Origin: Geodermatophilaceae bacterium
Lineage (GTDB): Bacteria; Actinomycetota; Actinomycetes; Mycobacteriales; Geodermatophilaceae
Length of the DNA: 24,000 nucleotides
NCBI GenBank assembly: GCA_013812145.1
Contig: JACCTY010000019.1
Span: 1-24,000 of the forward strand
Direction: 5' to 3'
The notes under the pieces were generated by a model, which saw only the letters and a program-made list of their open reading frames with translations, was not told the DNA's origin and did not search any database. Shown here in pieces: positions 1 to 8,002 of this stretch (position 1 is the stretch's first letter; every line of letters begins with the position of its first letter). A program made the position numbers and the translations under genes.

Positions 1-1778
1 CCGGACAGCACCGAGAGGCCGACCACGTGCACGTCCTCCTCGATCGCGGCGGACACGATCTGCGCGGGGGTGAGCCGGATGCCCTGGTAGATCACCTCGA
101 AGCCGGCGTCACGGGCGCGTACGGCGATCTGCTCGGCGCCGTTGGAATGGCCGTCCAGTCCCGGCTTGCCGACCAGGATCCGCAGCCGGGATCCGAGCTC
201 GTCACCGGTGGCCCGCACCCGCTCCCGGACCGCTGCTAGCTCCGGGCCCGCCTCGCCGCCCTGCCGGGCGGAACTCACGCCGGTCGGCGCGCGGTACTCC
301 CCGAAGACCTCGCGCAACGCACCTGCCCACTCCCCCGTCGTCACGCCGACCCGGGCGCAGGCCAACGAGGGCTCCATCAGGTTCTCCTCGGTCTTGGCCG
401 CATCCCGCAGCGTGTCGAGTGCGGCAGACACCGCGGCATCGTCCCGCTCGGCGCGCCAGGCCTGGAGCGACTCGACGGCGGCCGCCTCCACCGACGGGTC
501 GACGGTCATGATCGACGCCTCCAGGTCGGCCGTCAGCGGGTTCGGCTCAGTTTCCTCGAACCGGTTGACGCCCACCACCACGTCCTCGCCGGACTCCAGC
601 CGCTGCCGCCGCTCGGCGAGGGAGCCGACCAGCGCGCCTTTCATGTAGCCCGACTCGACCGCGGCGACCGCCCCGCCCATCTCCTGGACCCGGTCGATCT
701 CCGTGCGGGCGCCCGCCAGCAACTCGGCGACCTTCGCCTCGACGACGACCGACCCCTCGAACAGGTCGTCGTACTCCAGCAGGTCGGTCTCGAAAGCGAG
801 TACCTGCTGCAGCCGCAGCGACCACTGCTGGTCCCACGGCCGCGGCAGTCCCAGCGCCTCGTTCCAAGCGGGCAGCTGCACCGCGCGCGCTCGGGCGTCC
901 CGCGACAACGTCACGCCGAGCATCTCCAGCACGATCCGCTGGACGTTGTTCTCCGGCTGCGCCTCGGTCAGCCCGAGGGAGTTGACCTGGACGCCGTACC
1001 GGAAACGACGCTGCTTCGGCTCCTGCACGCCGTACCGCTCGTGGGTGAGTTGATCCCACAACCGGACAAAGGCGCGCATCTTGCACATCTCCTCGACGAA
1101 GCGCACCCCGGCGTTGACGAAGAACGACATCCGGGCGACCACGTCGCCGAAGCGGTCCTCCGGCACCTGCCCCGCCTCGCGCAGGGCATCGAGCACCGCG
1201 ATCGCCGTACAGATGGAGAATGCGATCTCCTGGACCGGCGTCGCGCCGGCCTCCTGCAGGTGATAGCTACAGACGTTGATCGGGTTCCAGGTCGGCATCG
1301 TCGTGACGGCGTGGGCGACGACGTCGGTGATCAGCCGAAGCGACGGCGCCGGCGGGAACGCATAGGTTCCTCGCGACAGGTACTCCTTGATGATGTCGTT
1401 CTGAGTCGTGCCGGTCAGCTTGCTGAGGTCGGCGCCCTGTTCCTCGGCGACCACCTGGTACAGCGCCAGCAGCCACATCGCTGTCGCGTTGATGGTCATC
1501 GACGTGTTCATCGTCTCGAGTGGGAGTTCGTCGAAGAGCGTGCGCATGTCGCCGAGATGAGCGATCGGTACGCCGACCTTGCCGACCTCGCCCTTGGCCA
1601 GTTCGTGATCGGCGTCGTACCCCGTCTGGGTCGGCAGGTCGAAGGCGACCGACAGGCCGGTCTGCCCCTTGGCCAGGTTCATGCGGTATAGCCGGTTGGA
1701 CTCCGCCGGCGAGGAGTGCCCTGCGTACGTCCGCATCACCCAGGGCCGATCCGGCTCAGCAGAGGAGGGGAAGGGCAC
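1..1778 (-). CDS. Methylmalonyl-CoA mutase family protein, single-chain type with C-terminal cobalamin-binding domain (MeaA / ethylmalonyl-CoA mutase-like). The C-terminus lies beyond the window edge.
   Basis: This is my own minus-strand translation; it is absent from the ORF track because the frame is open at position 1. GTG at 1778 sits 5 nt after GGAGG. The translation then reads VPFPSSAEPDRPWVMRTYAGHSSPAESNRLYRMNLAKGQTGLSVAFDLPTQTGYDADH, MNTSMTINATAMWLLALY, WNPINVCSYHLQEAGATP, and at the edge LRILVGKPGLDGHSNGAEQIAVRARDAGFEVIYQGIRLTPAQIV..EDVHVVGLSVLSG (DxHxxG B12 motif). The plus-strand ORFs 27..239, 142..648, 703..1053 and 1041..1691 are its antisense shadows. The subfamily assignment (Ecm/MeaA rather than Mcm) rests only on recalled motif flavour (RTYAGHS, NVCSYHLQEAG). 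Confidence 0.85.
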   Translation of the reverse strand, partial: MPFPSSAEPDRPWVMRTYAGHSSPAESNRLYRMNLAKGQTGLSVAFDLPTQTGYDADHELAKGEVGKVGVPIAHLGDMRTLFDELPLETMNTSMTINATAMWLLALYQVVAEEQGADLSKLTGTTQNDIIKEYLSRGTYAFPPAPSLRLITDVVAHAVTTMPTWNPINVCSYHLQEAGATPVQEIAFSICTAIAVLDALREAGQVPEDRFGDVVARMSFFVNAGVRFVEEMCKMRAFVRLWDQLTHERYGVQEPKQRRFRYGVQVNSLGLTEAQPENNVQRIVLEMLGVTLSRDARARAVQLPAWNEALGLPRPWDQQWSLRLQQVLAFETDLLEYDDLFEGSVVVEAKVAELLAGARTEIDRVQEMGGAVAAVESGYMKGALVGSLAERRQRLESGEDVVVGVNRFEETEPNPLTADLEASIMTVDPSVEAAAVESLQAWRAERDDAAVSAALDTLRDAAKTEENLMEPSLACARVGVTTGEWAGALREVFGEYRAPTGVSSARQGGEAGPELAAVRERVRATGDELGSRLRILVGKPGLDGHSNGAEQIAVRARDAGFEVIYQGIRLTPAQIVSAAIEEDVHVVGLSVLS

Positions 1779-1914
1779 GGCGACCTCCGGGCTCGGGCTG
1801 GACGTGGAGTCTATCGACGCCCGCGTCGACGCGGTTTATCCCCCATCGGAGGTGATTGCGGTCGCTCCGCAACGCTGTTCACCTCCAATCATCCGGTTTT
1901 CGACCGGCGGGGCA

Positions 1915-2315
1915 CTACGCCAGCGGTTCTGGCCACTCCTGCCGCGGTAGCAGCTCGCGCAGCGGTACCGACTCGTCGCGGCCCAGAACGACGCGGGTGT
2001 CGATGTTCGACGGGTCGACCTGCGGATGAACTCCCGGCAGCTGCCGCAGGGGGGAAGGATAAGGAGCTGGGCATCGTCTTGACGGTAGACAGCAACGATT
2101 GCGGCGACTGCGTACTGTCCCGCCGTCACCATCGCGGCAATGGCGGCCTGCTCGGCGCAGAAACCCGTAGAGCCGGTGTCGATGCAGACGCCGACGAAGT
2201 GTTCCCCGGTCCGGGCCACCAGCGCCGAGGCGACGTCACCGAACAGGCGGTCGCCCACGCGGTGCAGGTTCAGCAATCCCGCCGCTTCGGCGATGAGTTC
2301 GTCGTGCACTGCCAT
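1915..2315 (-). pseudogene. Blasticidin-S deaminase / homotetrameric cytidine deaminase-like zinc deaminase, apparently disrupted by a 1-nt frameshift (or a sequencing error)
   Basis: The ORF track calls 1836..2315 (159 aa). The first ~100 residues carry the family zinc and catalytic motifs (GFCAEQAAI; LPPCGSCREFI). After CREFIR the called frame turns into Arg/Ser-rich text (RSTRRTSTPASFWAATSRYRCASCYRGRSGQNRW). The neighbouring frame reads QVDPSNIDTRVVLGRDESVPLRELLPRQEWPEPLA-stop (TAG at 1915-1917), which contains the family-typical C-terminal ELLP motif. The frame switch lies at about 2018-2026 (minus strand atccgc|aggtcgac, where atccgcCaggtcgac is expected). The corrected length is ~133 aa. 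Confidence 0.6.
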
Positions 2316-2366
2316 GGATATCCTTGTGTACCGGGTCAGGATGGACGAAGAACTACAGTCGACCCC

Positions 2367-2672
2367 ATGGTTGACACCGGAACGCCCATGGTTGACGCCG
2401 AGAACACTGCCGCCGATGCGGTTCTAATTGAACTCGACGAGAGACGCAGGGCAAGCCTCGGACGGCTGGGACGCCACAACCGCTACCTGGCCCGCGAAGA
2501 GCCGGACGGAACACTCATCTTCGAGCCGGCGGTCGTGATCTCCGAGCTGGAGGCTCGCTTCCTGGCCAATCGCGAGCTGGTGGCTCGCATTGAAGATGAT
2601 CGCGGACACCCTGAACGCCTGCGCCCTCGACGGCGGCGGTCGCCTCGTGTGGTCAACGACCCGACGGATTAG
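2367..2672 (+). CDS. Small hypothetical protein, possibly an AbrB/MazE/SpoVT-like DNA-binding (antitoxin-like) protein
   Basis: This is the 3' part of track ORF 1716..2672; the upstream part is antisense to the deaminase gene. Product: MVDTGTPMVDAENTAADAVLIELDERRRASLGRLGRHNRYLAREEPDGTLIFEPAVVISELEARFLANRELVARIEDD... The xLDERxRxSLG...DGTLxxEPAVVxSExE pattern resembles actinobacterial AbrB-type antitoxins from memory only. An alternative ATG lies at 2388. It has noticeably more A/T-ending codons than the core genes here. Confidence 0.4.
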   Translation: MVDTGTPMVDAENTAADAVLIELDERRRASLGRLGRHNRYLAREEPDGTLIFEPAVVISELEARFLANRELVARIEDDRGHPERLRPRRRRSPRVVNDPTD

Positions 2673-2681
2673 CGTCGACGT

Positions 2682-3014
2682 GTGACGCCGCCGCCAAGCA
2701 GCCTGCACTACACCGTGGGTCCGGTGGTCGCCGTCGTCGCCGTCTTGATCATCATCGCGTTCATGCGGTGGGCGTTCAGCCAGCAGACCCGCCACGACCC
2801 GTTCGCCCCCCGGCCAGACTCCACGGGTCTGCTGCAGACCGTGGCCACGCTGCCACGACGCGAGCAGGCCAACGCCTTCCGGGCGGTTCTCTCCGACGCC
2901 GGTATCCGCTCCACCGTCCGGGAACCCAACCACGGCGGCGCCGAGGTGCTCGTCTTCCCGGCCGACGCCGAACGGGCCCGCCAGCTCGCCGGTCCGTTCG
3001 CCACACCCACCTGA
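2682..3014 (+). CDS. Hypothetical membrane-anchored small protein (one N-terminal TM helix)
   Basis: GTG start 9 nt after the previous stop. It has a hydrophobic helix GPVVAVVAVLIIIAFMRWAF followed by a small soluble domain (LLQTVATLPRREQANAFRAVLSDAGIRSTVRE...EVLVFPADAERARQLAG). GC3-rich codon usage. No family is recognised with confidence. Confidence 0.5.
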   Translation: MTPPPSSLHYTVGPVVAVVAVLIIIAFMRWAFSQQTRHDPFAPRPDSTGLLQTVATLPRREQANAFRAVLSDAGIRSTVREPNHGGAEVLVFPADAERARQLAGPFATPT

Positions 3015-3053
3015 CCCCGCGGCGTCAGCTTCGCGATGCCTAGGATCGCAGTC

Positions 3054-3626
3054 ATGGCAGTGCACCTGACCCGCATCTACACCAGGACCGGCGACGGCGG
3101 GCAGACCCGGCTCGGCGACATGAGCCTGACGAGCAAGACCGACCCGCGGCTGGCGGCGTATGCCGATGTCGACGAGGCCAACTCCGCCATCGGCGTCGCG
3201 CTGGCGATGGGCGACCTCGCCGAGGACGTACGCGCGGTGCTGACCTCGGTGCAGAACGACATGTTCGACGTGGGGGCGGACCTCTCGACGCCGATGGTGC
3301 CGGCGCCGGAGTACCCACCGCTGCGGGTGACCGAGGCATATGTGGACCGGCTCGAAAAAGCGTGCGACGAGTTCAACGAGCGGTTGAGCAAGCTGAACAG
3401 CTTCATCCTGCCGGGGGGGACTCCCGGCGCCGCGCTGCTGCACGTTGCACGGACCGTCGTACGCCGGGCCGAGCGGTCGGGGTGGTCACTGGTCGAGGTC
3501 GACGGCCCGCGCACCAACACCCACGCGGTGACGTACCTGAACCGGCTCTCGGACCTGCTCTTCATCCTGGGCCGGGTGGCGAACCCCGGTGGCGACGTGC
3601 TCTGGGTGCCCGGCGCCAACCGCTGA
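3054..3626 (+). CDS. pduO: ATP:cob(I)alamin adenosyltransferase, PduO type
   Basis: MAVHLTRIYTRTGDGGQTRLGDMSLTSKTDPRLAAYADVDEANSAIG...FILPGGTPGAALLHVARTVVRRAERS...YLNRLSDLLFILGR is the canonical PduO-type ATR sequence. The track ORF starts at 3036; the ATG at 3054 gives the family-typical N-terminus. Confidence 0.9.
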   Translation: MAVHLTRIYTRTGDGGQTRLGDMSLTSKTDPRLAAYADVDEANSAIGVALAMGDLAEDVRAVLTSVQNDMFDVGADLSTPMVPAPEYPPLRVTEAYVDRLEKACDEFNERLSKLNSFILPGGTPGAALLHVARTVVRRAERSGWSLVEVDGPRTNTHAVTYLNRLSDLLFILGRVANPGGDVLWVPGANR

Positions 3627-3675
3627 GACGTAGGACATCGGGGGGCTGAGCCCGGCCGCAGCGATACTGTGTCGC

Positions 3676-3888
3676 ATGCCCGACGAGCGCAACCGGTCCG
3701 ACATTTCGGCGCTCCTGACCAGCGGCATGGTGATCGCGCTATGCCTCGTGATCGGGCTGGGTCTGGGTTGGTTCCTGGATGCGGCGGTAGGCACAACACC
3801 GGTGTTCCTGCTGATCGGACTCCTGCTCGGAGTCGTCGCAGCCGGCTGTTATACGGTCGCGGTATTCCGCAAGCAGCTCAGACCCTGA
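3676..3888 (+). CDS. atpZ: AtpZ/AtpI-family small membrane protein (F0F1 ATPase-associated)
   Basis: 70 aa with two TM helices (MVIALCLVIGLGLGWFLD / PVFLLIGLLLGVVAAGCYTV). It sits immediately upstream of atpI-atpB. Confidence 0.75.
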   Translation: MPDERNRSDISALLTSGMVIALCLVIGLGLGWFLDAAVGTTPVFLLIGLLLGVVAAGCYTVAVFRKQLRP

Positions 3889-3917
3889 AAAAGGTACGTC
3901 GAGGTGAGAGGCCAGCC

Positions 3918-4319
3918 GTGCAACCCGAGCTGACTGTCCCGACCGTTGCCGACGCCACTTTCCGCCGGGCGGTCGTGGTGGCCTGCATCCTCGGCGCGGT
4001 CGCCTTGGTGGCGTCGGTCCCGCTCGGATACGTCACCGCAGCGCTGTTCGGTTGCATCGGTCTCGCGCTGGGCATGCTCAACTCGCGGCTCGTGCAGCTG
4101 TCCGTTGTACGGTTCGCGAAACAGGAATCGTCGCGGCCGAAGCGACAGTTCGTCGGATCGGTCGTCGGTCGGCTCGCCCTGATCACATTGCTCGCCCTGA
4201 GTCTGGCTCTGTTGTTTCGCCCTGACGGCCTGGGTGTGATCGTCGGCCTGGCGGTCTTCCAGCTGCTCATGATCATTGTCGCCTCGATACCGATGATCAA
4301 GGAGCTCAGGGGCTCATGA
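3918..4319 (+). CDS. atpI: ATP synthase protein I (AtpI)
   Basis: 3' part of track ORF 3669..4319. GTG at 3918 is preceded by GGTGAGAGG. The product is a polytopic membrane protein (RRAVVVACILGAVALVASVPLGYVTAALFGCIGLALGMLN...LALITLLALSLALLF...VIVGLAVFQLLMIIVASIPMI). Its stop overlaps the atpB start (ATGATG). Confidence 0.7.
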   Translation: MQPELTVPTVADATFRRAVVVACILGAVALVASVPLGYVTAALFGCIGLALGMLNSRLVQLSVVRFAKQESSRPKRQFVGSVVGRLALITLLALSLALLFRPDGLGVIVGLAVFQLLMIIVASIPMIKELRGS

Positions 4320-5026
4320 TGATTCTGGCCGCCGAGGAGATCGAGATCGGGGTGCACCCCACGGCGACATTCTTCGGTCTTACCTTCAATCTCGACACCA
4401 TGCTGGCCACGGTGATCGCCGGCGTCCTCGTTGTCGGCCTCGGACTGTTCGTTCGCGCCCGCGTCACCGCCGGCGTTCCCAGCGGGGCACAGCTGTTTCT
4501 CGAAGGCGTCAACGCGCAGGTGCGTCGACAGGTGGAGGACAGCGTCGGGATCAAGACCGCGCCGTTCGTCGTACCGCTGGCGATGACGCTGTTCCTGTTC
4601 ATCCTCACCGCGAACTGGCTGGCGGTGCTGCCGAGCGAGCACTACGTCCCGCCCCCCACGGCCGACGTCAACCTGACGTTCGCGCTGGCGCTGTTGGTCA
4701 TCGGGTGGGTGCAGGTGACCGGCATCCGCAAGCGCGGCGCCGGACCGTACTTCAAGCACTTCGCGCAGCCGTACTGGTGGCTGCTCCCGCTCAATCTCAT
4801 CGAGGAACTCGCCAAGCCGGTGTCCCTGGCACTGCGGTTGTTCGGCAACATCTTCGCCGGCGGAATCATCATCTCCCTGATCGCGGGTCTGCCGGCGTAT
4901 CTGCTGTGGGCTCCGACGGCCACCTGGAAGTTGTTCGACCTGTTCATCGGGCTGATCCAAGCCTTCATCTTCGCCCTGCTGACCGTCCTGTACTTCGGTT
5001 CGGCCACGAGCGAGGAGGGGCACTGA
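4316..5026 (+). CDS. atpB: F0F1 ATP synthase subunit a
   Basis: 236 aa with the conserved essential-Arg region KPVSLALRLFGNIFAGGIII and a multi-TM profile. Confidence 0.95.
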   Translation: MMILAAEEIEIGVHPTATFFGLTFNLDTMLATVIAGVLVVGLGLFVRARVTAGVPSGAQLFLEGVNAQVRRQVEDSVGIKTAPFVVPLAMTLFLFILTANWLAVLPSEHYVPPPTADVNLTFALALLVIGWVQVTGIRKRGAGPYFKHFAQPYWWLLPLNLIEELAKPVSLALRLFGNIFAGGIIISLIAGLPAYLLWAPTATWKLFDLFIGLIQAFIFALLTVLYFGSATSEEGH

Positions 5027-5349
<323 letters not shown>

Positions 5350-5350
<1 letters not shown>

Positions 5351-5943
5351 TGGATTCGCTCACCCTGGTCGTCGCAGCCGCCGAAGAGGGGGAAGAAGGG
5401 GGCGGCAACTTCCTCGTTCCTAACGGAACATTCCTCTTCGAGCTGCTCGCATTCCTGCTGATCCTGTTCATCCTGGGCTACTTCGTGGTGCCGCCGATCC
5501 AGCGCGCCATGCGCGAGCGGCAGAAGATGGTGGAGAAGGGGATCGAGGAGGCGCAGCAGGCGCGCGAACGAGCCGAGGCCGCGCAGCGCGCCCACCGCGA
5601 GGAACTCGACGAGGCAAGAGCAGAAGGTGCGAAGATTCGCGAAAAGGCCCGGGCCGAGGCTGATCAGCTCGCGGGCGACAAGCGTCAAGGCGCTCAGCAG
5701 CAGGTCGCCGATGTGCAGGAACGCGGCGAGGAAGAGCTCGGTTCCCAGCGGGCCCGCGCCGCCGGTGAATTGCGCGAGCAGGTGGGCGGGCTCGGGTTGA
5801 CCCTGGCCGGACGAATCCTCGGAACGACAACGGCCGAGGACGAGCAGCTCCGGGCGACCATCGACAGCTTCCTGCGTGATCTCGAGCCGGCGACGGAGAA
5901 CGACCGTGGAAGGTCCACCCCGGCCGGAGGGGGCAGCGGCTGA
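5350..5943 (+). CDS. atpF: F0F1 ATP synthase subunit b
   Basis: N-terminal TM helix (FLFELLAFLLILFILGYFVVPPIQRAM) followed by a long charged coiled coil. TAATG overlap with atpE and TGATG overlap with the next gene. Confidence 0.9.
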
Positions 5944-7280
5944 TGGCCACCCTGATCGCCGAGCTCTTCGCCTTTGCGGTGGTCGTTTTCGTCGTGGTCC
6001 GGTACGTCGTCCCTCCCGCGCGACGCGCGATGGCCGCTCAGCAGAAGTCGGTAGCCAAGCAGGTCGATGACGCCAAGCGTTCCCACGAGGAGTTCCAGGC
6101 GGCGCAGAGCAACTACGACCAGTCAGTCGAGCAGGCCCGGACCGAAGCGGCCACGGTCCGTGACCGGGCCCGGGCCGAGGCCGACTACATCTCCGACGAG
6201 CTGGCCGAGCGGGCTGAAAACGATGTGGCTCGCATCCACCAGCGCGGCGAGGAGCAGCTGGACACGGCACGCAAACAGACTGTCCGCGAGTTGCGCCGAG
6301 ACGTGGGCCGACTCGCCGTTCAGCTCGCCGGCCGGATCGTCACCCAGGCCCTTACCGACCAGAGTCGGCAAGCTGCGACCGTCGACCGTTTCCTCGACGA
6401 TCTCGAGAACATGTCCCGGCCGGAGCGCCCCTCGACCGGTACGCCGACGGGCCCTCGGCTCATGCAGGGTGCCAGCCGAGAGTCCCTGTCCGCTGCCCGC
6501 GAGCGGCTTGATTCCGAGCTGCGCGACGCGAACGAGGCGTCGGTCACGGCGGTGGGAGACGAACTGTTCGCGGTGGCCGGCCTGCTGGCGCGCGAGCGCA
6601 CGCTGCTGCGTCACCTGGCCGACCCCGCCATCCCGGACGACGACCGTGCCAGCTTCATCGACAGGACGCTCGGACGGCAGGTCTCCGAGCCGACCCTGTC
6701 CACCCTGCGCGAGCTTGTCCGTCGTCGCTGGTCTCGGCCGAGCGACCTGCTTGACGCGGTCGAGGCCCTCGGCCGGGAAGCTCTCCTGTCAGTGGCCGAA
6801 GACCAGGGCGGCCTCGACCAGGTCGAGGACGAGGTGTTCCGGTTCGGCCGAATCCTGGACGGCGACACGAAGCTGAACGCGCTGCTGGCCGACTCGAGCG
6901 CGACCCCGGATCGGCGCGTCACACTGCTCGACGCCGTGGTGGCGGACCGGGTCCAGCCGACGACGCTGAAGCTGCTTCAGCACGCGGTCCGCGCGCCTCG
7001 TGGACGCAGCCTGTACGTCGTACTGGACGAGCTCGCCGCTCTGGTCGCGGCTCGTCGCGAGCGGTCGATCGCGCGGATCACCGCTGCTGCTCCGCTCAGC
7101 GAGGCGCAGCAGCAGCGACTCGGCTCCGTGCTTGCGCGGATCTATGACCGCGACGTGTCGCTGCAGGTCGAGCTGGACGAGAGCCTGCTGGGCGGGCTCG
7201 TCGTCCAGGTGGGCGAGGACCTGATCGACGGCAGCGTCTCGTCGCAACTCGAGCGAGCCCGACAGGGCCTGCCCCAGTAG
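5943..7280 (+). CDS. atpH: F0F1 ATP synthase b-delta fusion subunit (b'-like N-terminus fused to delta/OSCP)
   Basis: 445 aa. Residues 1-~160 are b-like (TM LIAELFAFAVVVFVVVRYVVPPARRAM plus a coiled coil). Residues ~175-445 are delta/OSCP-like (LFAVAGLLARERTLLRHLADP...LSEAQQQRLGSVLARIYDRDVSLQVELDESLLGGLVVQVGEDLIDGSV). The architecture and size match the 446-aa AtpH of M. tuberculosis. Confidence 0.9.
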   Translation: MATLIAELFAFAVVVFVVVRYVVPPARRAMAAQQKSVAKQVDDAKRSHEEFQAAQSNYDQSVEQARTEAATVRDRARAEADYISDELAERAENDVARIHQRGEEQLDTARKQTVRELRRDVGRLAVQLAGRIVTQALTDQSRQAATVDRFLDDLENMSRPERPSTGTPTGPRLMQGASRESLSAARERLDSELRDANEASVTAVGDELFAVAGLLARERTLLRHLADPAIPDDDRASFIDRTLGRQVSEPTLSTLRELVRRRWSRPSDLLDAVEALGREALLSVAEDQGGLDQVEDEVFRFGRILDGDTKLNALLADSSATPDRRVTLLDAVVADRVQPTTLKLLQHAVRAPRGRSLYVVLDELAALVAARRERSIARITAAAPLSEAQQQRLGSVLARIYDRDVSLQVELDESLLGGLVVQVGEDLIDGSVSSQLERARQGLPQ

Positions 7281-7396
7281 CGCTCACCGGTCATCAGTAC
7301 GGACAGCATGAAACTGGCGCATTCGCGACCGCTCAGTTCTGGCCTCGGGCCGGGTCCTACGAACACAGGACGCTTCTGACGCCGAAAGGACAGTCC

Positions 7397-7993
7397 ATGC
7401 CTGCCCTGCTCGACCTCGATCCCCCCGCGCGGCAGATAACGAAGCTGCTGGAGGGCGTTGCCGATGATCAGCTTTCGGCGCCGACGCCCTGCGAGCAGAC
7501 CAACGTCGCGGGCCTGCTCGACCACCTGATGGGCCTCACGATTGCCTTCACCTACGCCGCGCGGAAATCGAACGCAGCGGTGACCGGCTCCCCACCACCG
7601 CAAGCCTCGGCAGACAACCTGGACCCGGATTGGCGCACCCGACTGCCGCTGCGTCTGGACGAGCTCGTCGCCGCCTGGCGCGATCCCGCAGCCTGGGAGG
7701 GGATGGCGCAGGCTGGCGGCGTGACTATGCCGGCGGAGATGATGGGGAGCGTCGTAGTGGACGAGTTGGTCCTGCATGGTTGGGATCTTGCCCGCGGCAC
7801 CGGGCAGGAGTTTGAATGCGACCCGGCAAGCATCGAGGCGGTGTTCGGGTTCACCTCGGCAATGTCCGAACAGGGGCAGGAAGCCAGCCGCGAGGGCCTG
7901 TTCCGACCGGTCGTCGAGGTTCCGTCCGACGCGGCGTTGTTCGACCGCGCACTCGGGTTCAGCGGCCGCCACCCGGCGTGGTCGCCGCGCTGA
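7397..7993 (+). CDS. DinB-superfamily / TIGR03086-like (mycothiol maleylpyruvate isomerase N-terminal domain) protein
   Basis: 198 aa. QLSAPTPCEQTNVAGLLDHLMG and MGSVVVDELVLHGWDLARGTGQ match the pattern of actinobacterial TIGR03086/MDMPI_N proteins (recalled, not searched). Confidence 0.75.
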   Translation: MPALLDLDPPARQITKLLEGVADDQLSAPTPCEQTNVAGLLDHLMGLTIAFTYAARKSNAAVTGSPPPQASADNLDPDWRTRLPLRLDELVAAWRDPAAWEGMAQAGGVTMPAEMMGSVVVDELVLHGWDLARGTGQEFECDPASIEAVFGFTSAMSEQGQEASREGLFRPVVEVPSDAALFDRALGFSGRHPAWSPR

Positions 7994-8002
7994 ACTGTCA
8001 GT

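Noticed and set aside
27-1691. Several + strand ORFs (27..239, 142..648, 703..1053, 1041..1691) and the - strand ORF 547..1086
   Set aside because: All lie within the partial mutase gene and are either antisense or off-frame to it. That gene is missing from the track only because its frame is open at the window edge.
7308-7379. 23-codon ORF (MKLAHSRPLSSGLGPGPTNTGRF) in the atpH/DinB-like spacer
   Set aside because: It has no convincing RBS and no recognisable features, and its size is within chance expectation for a 116-nt spacer.
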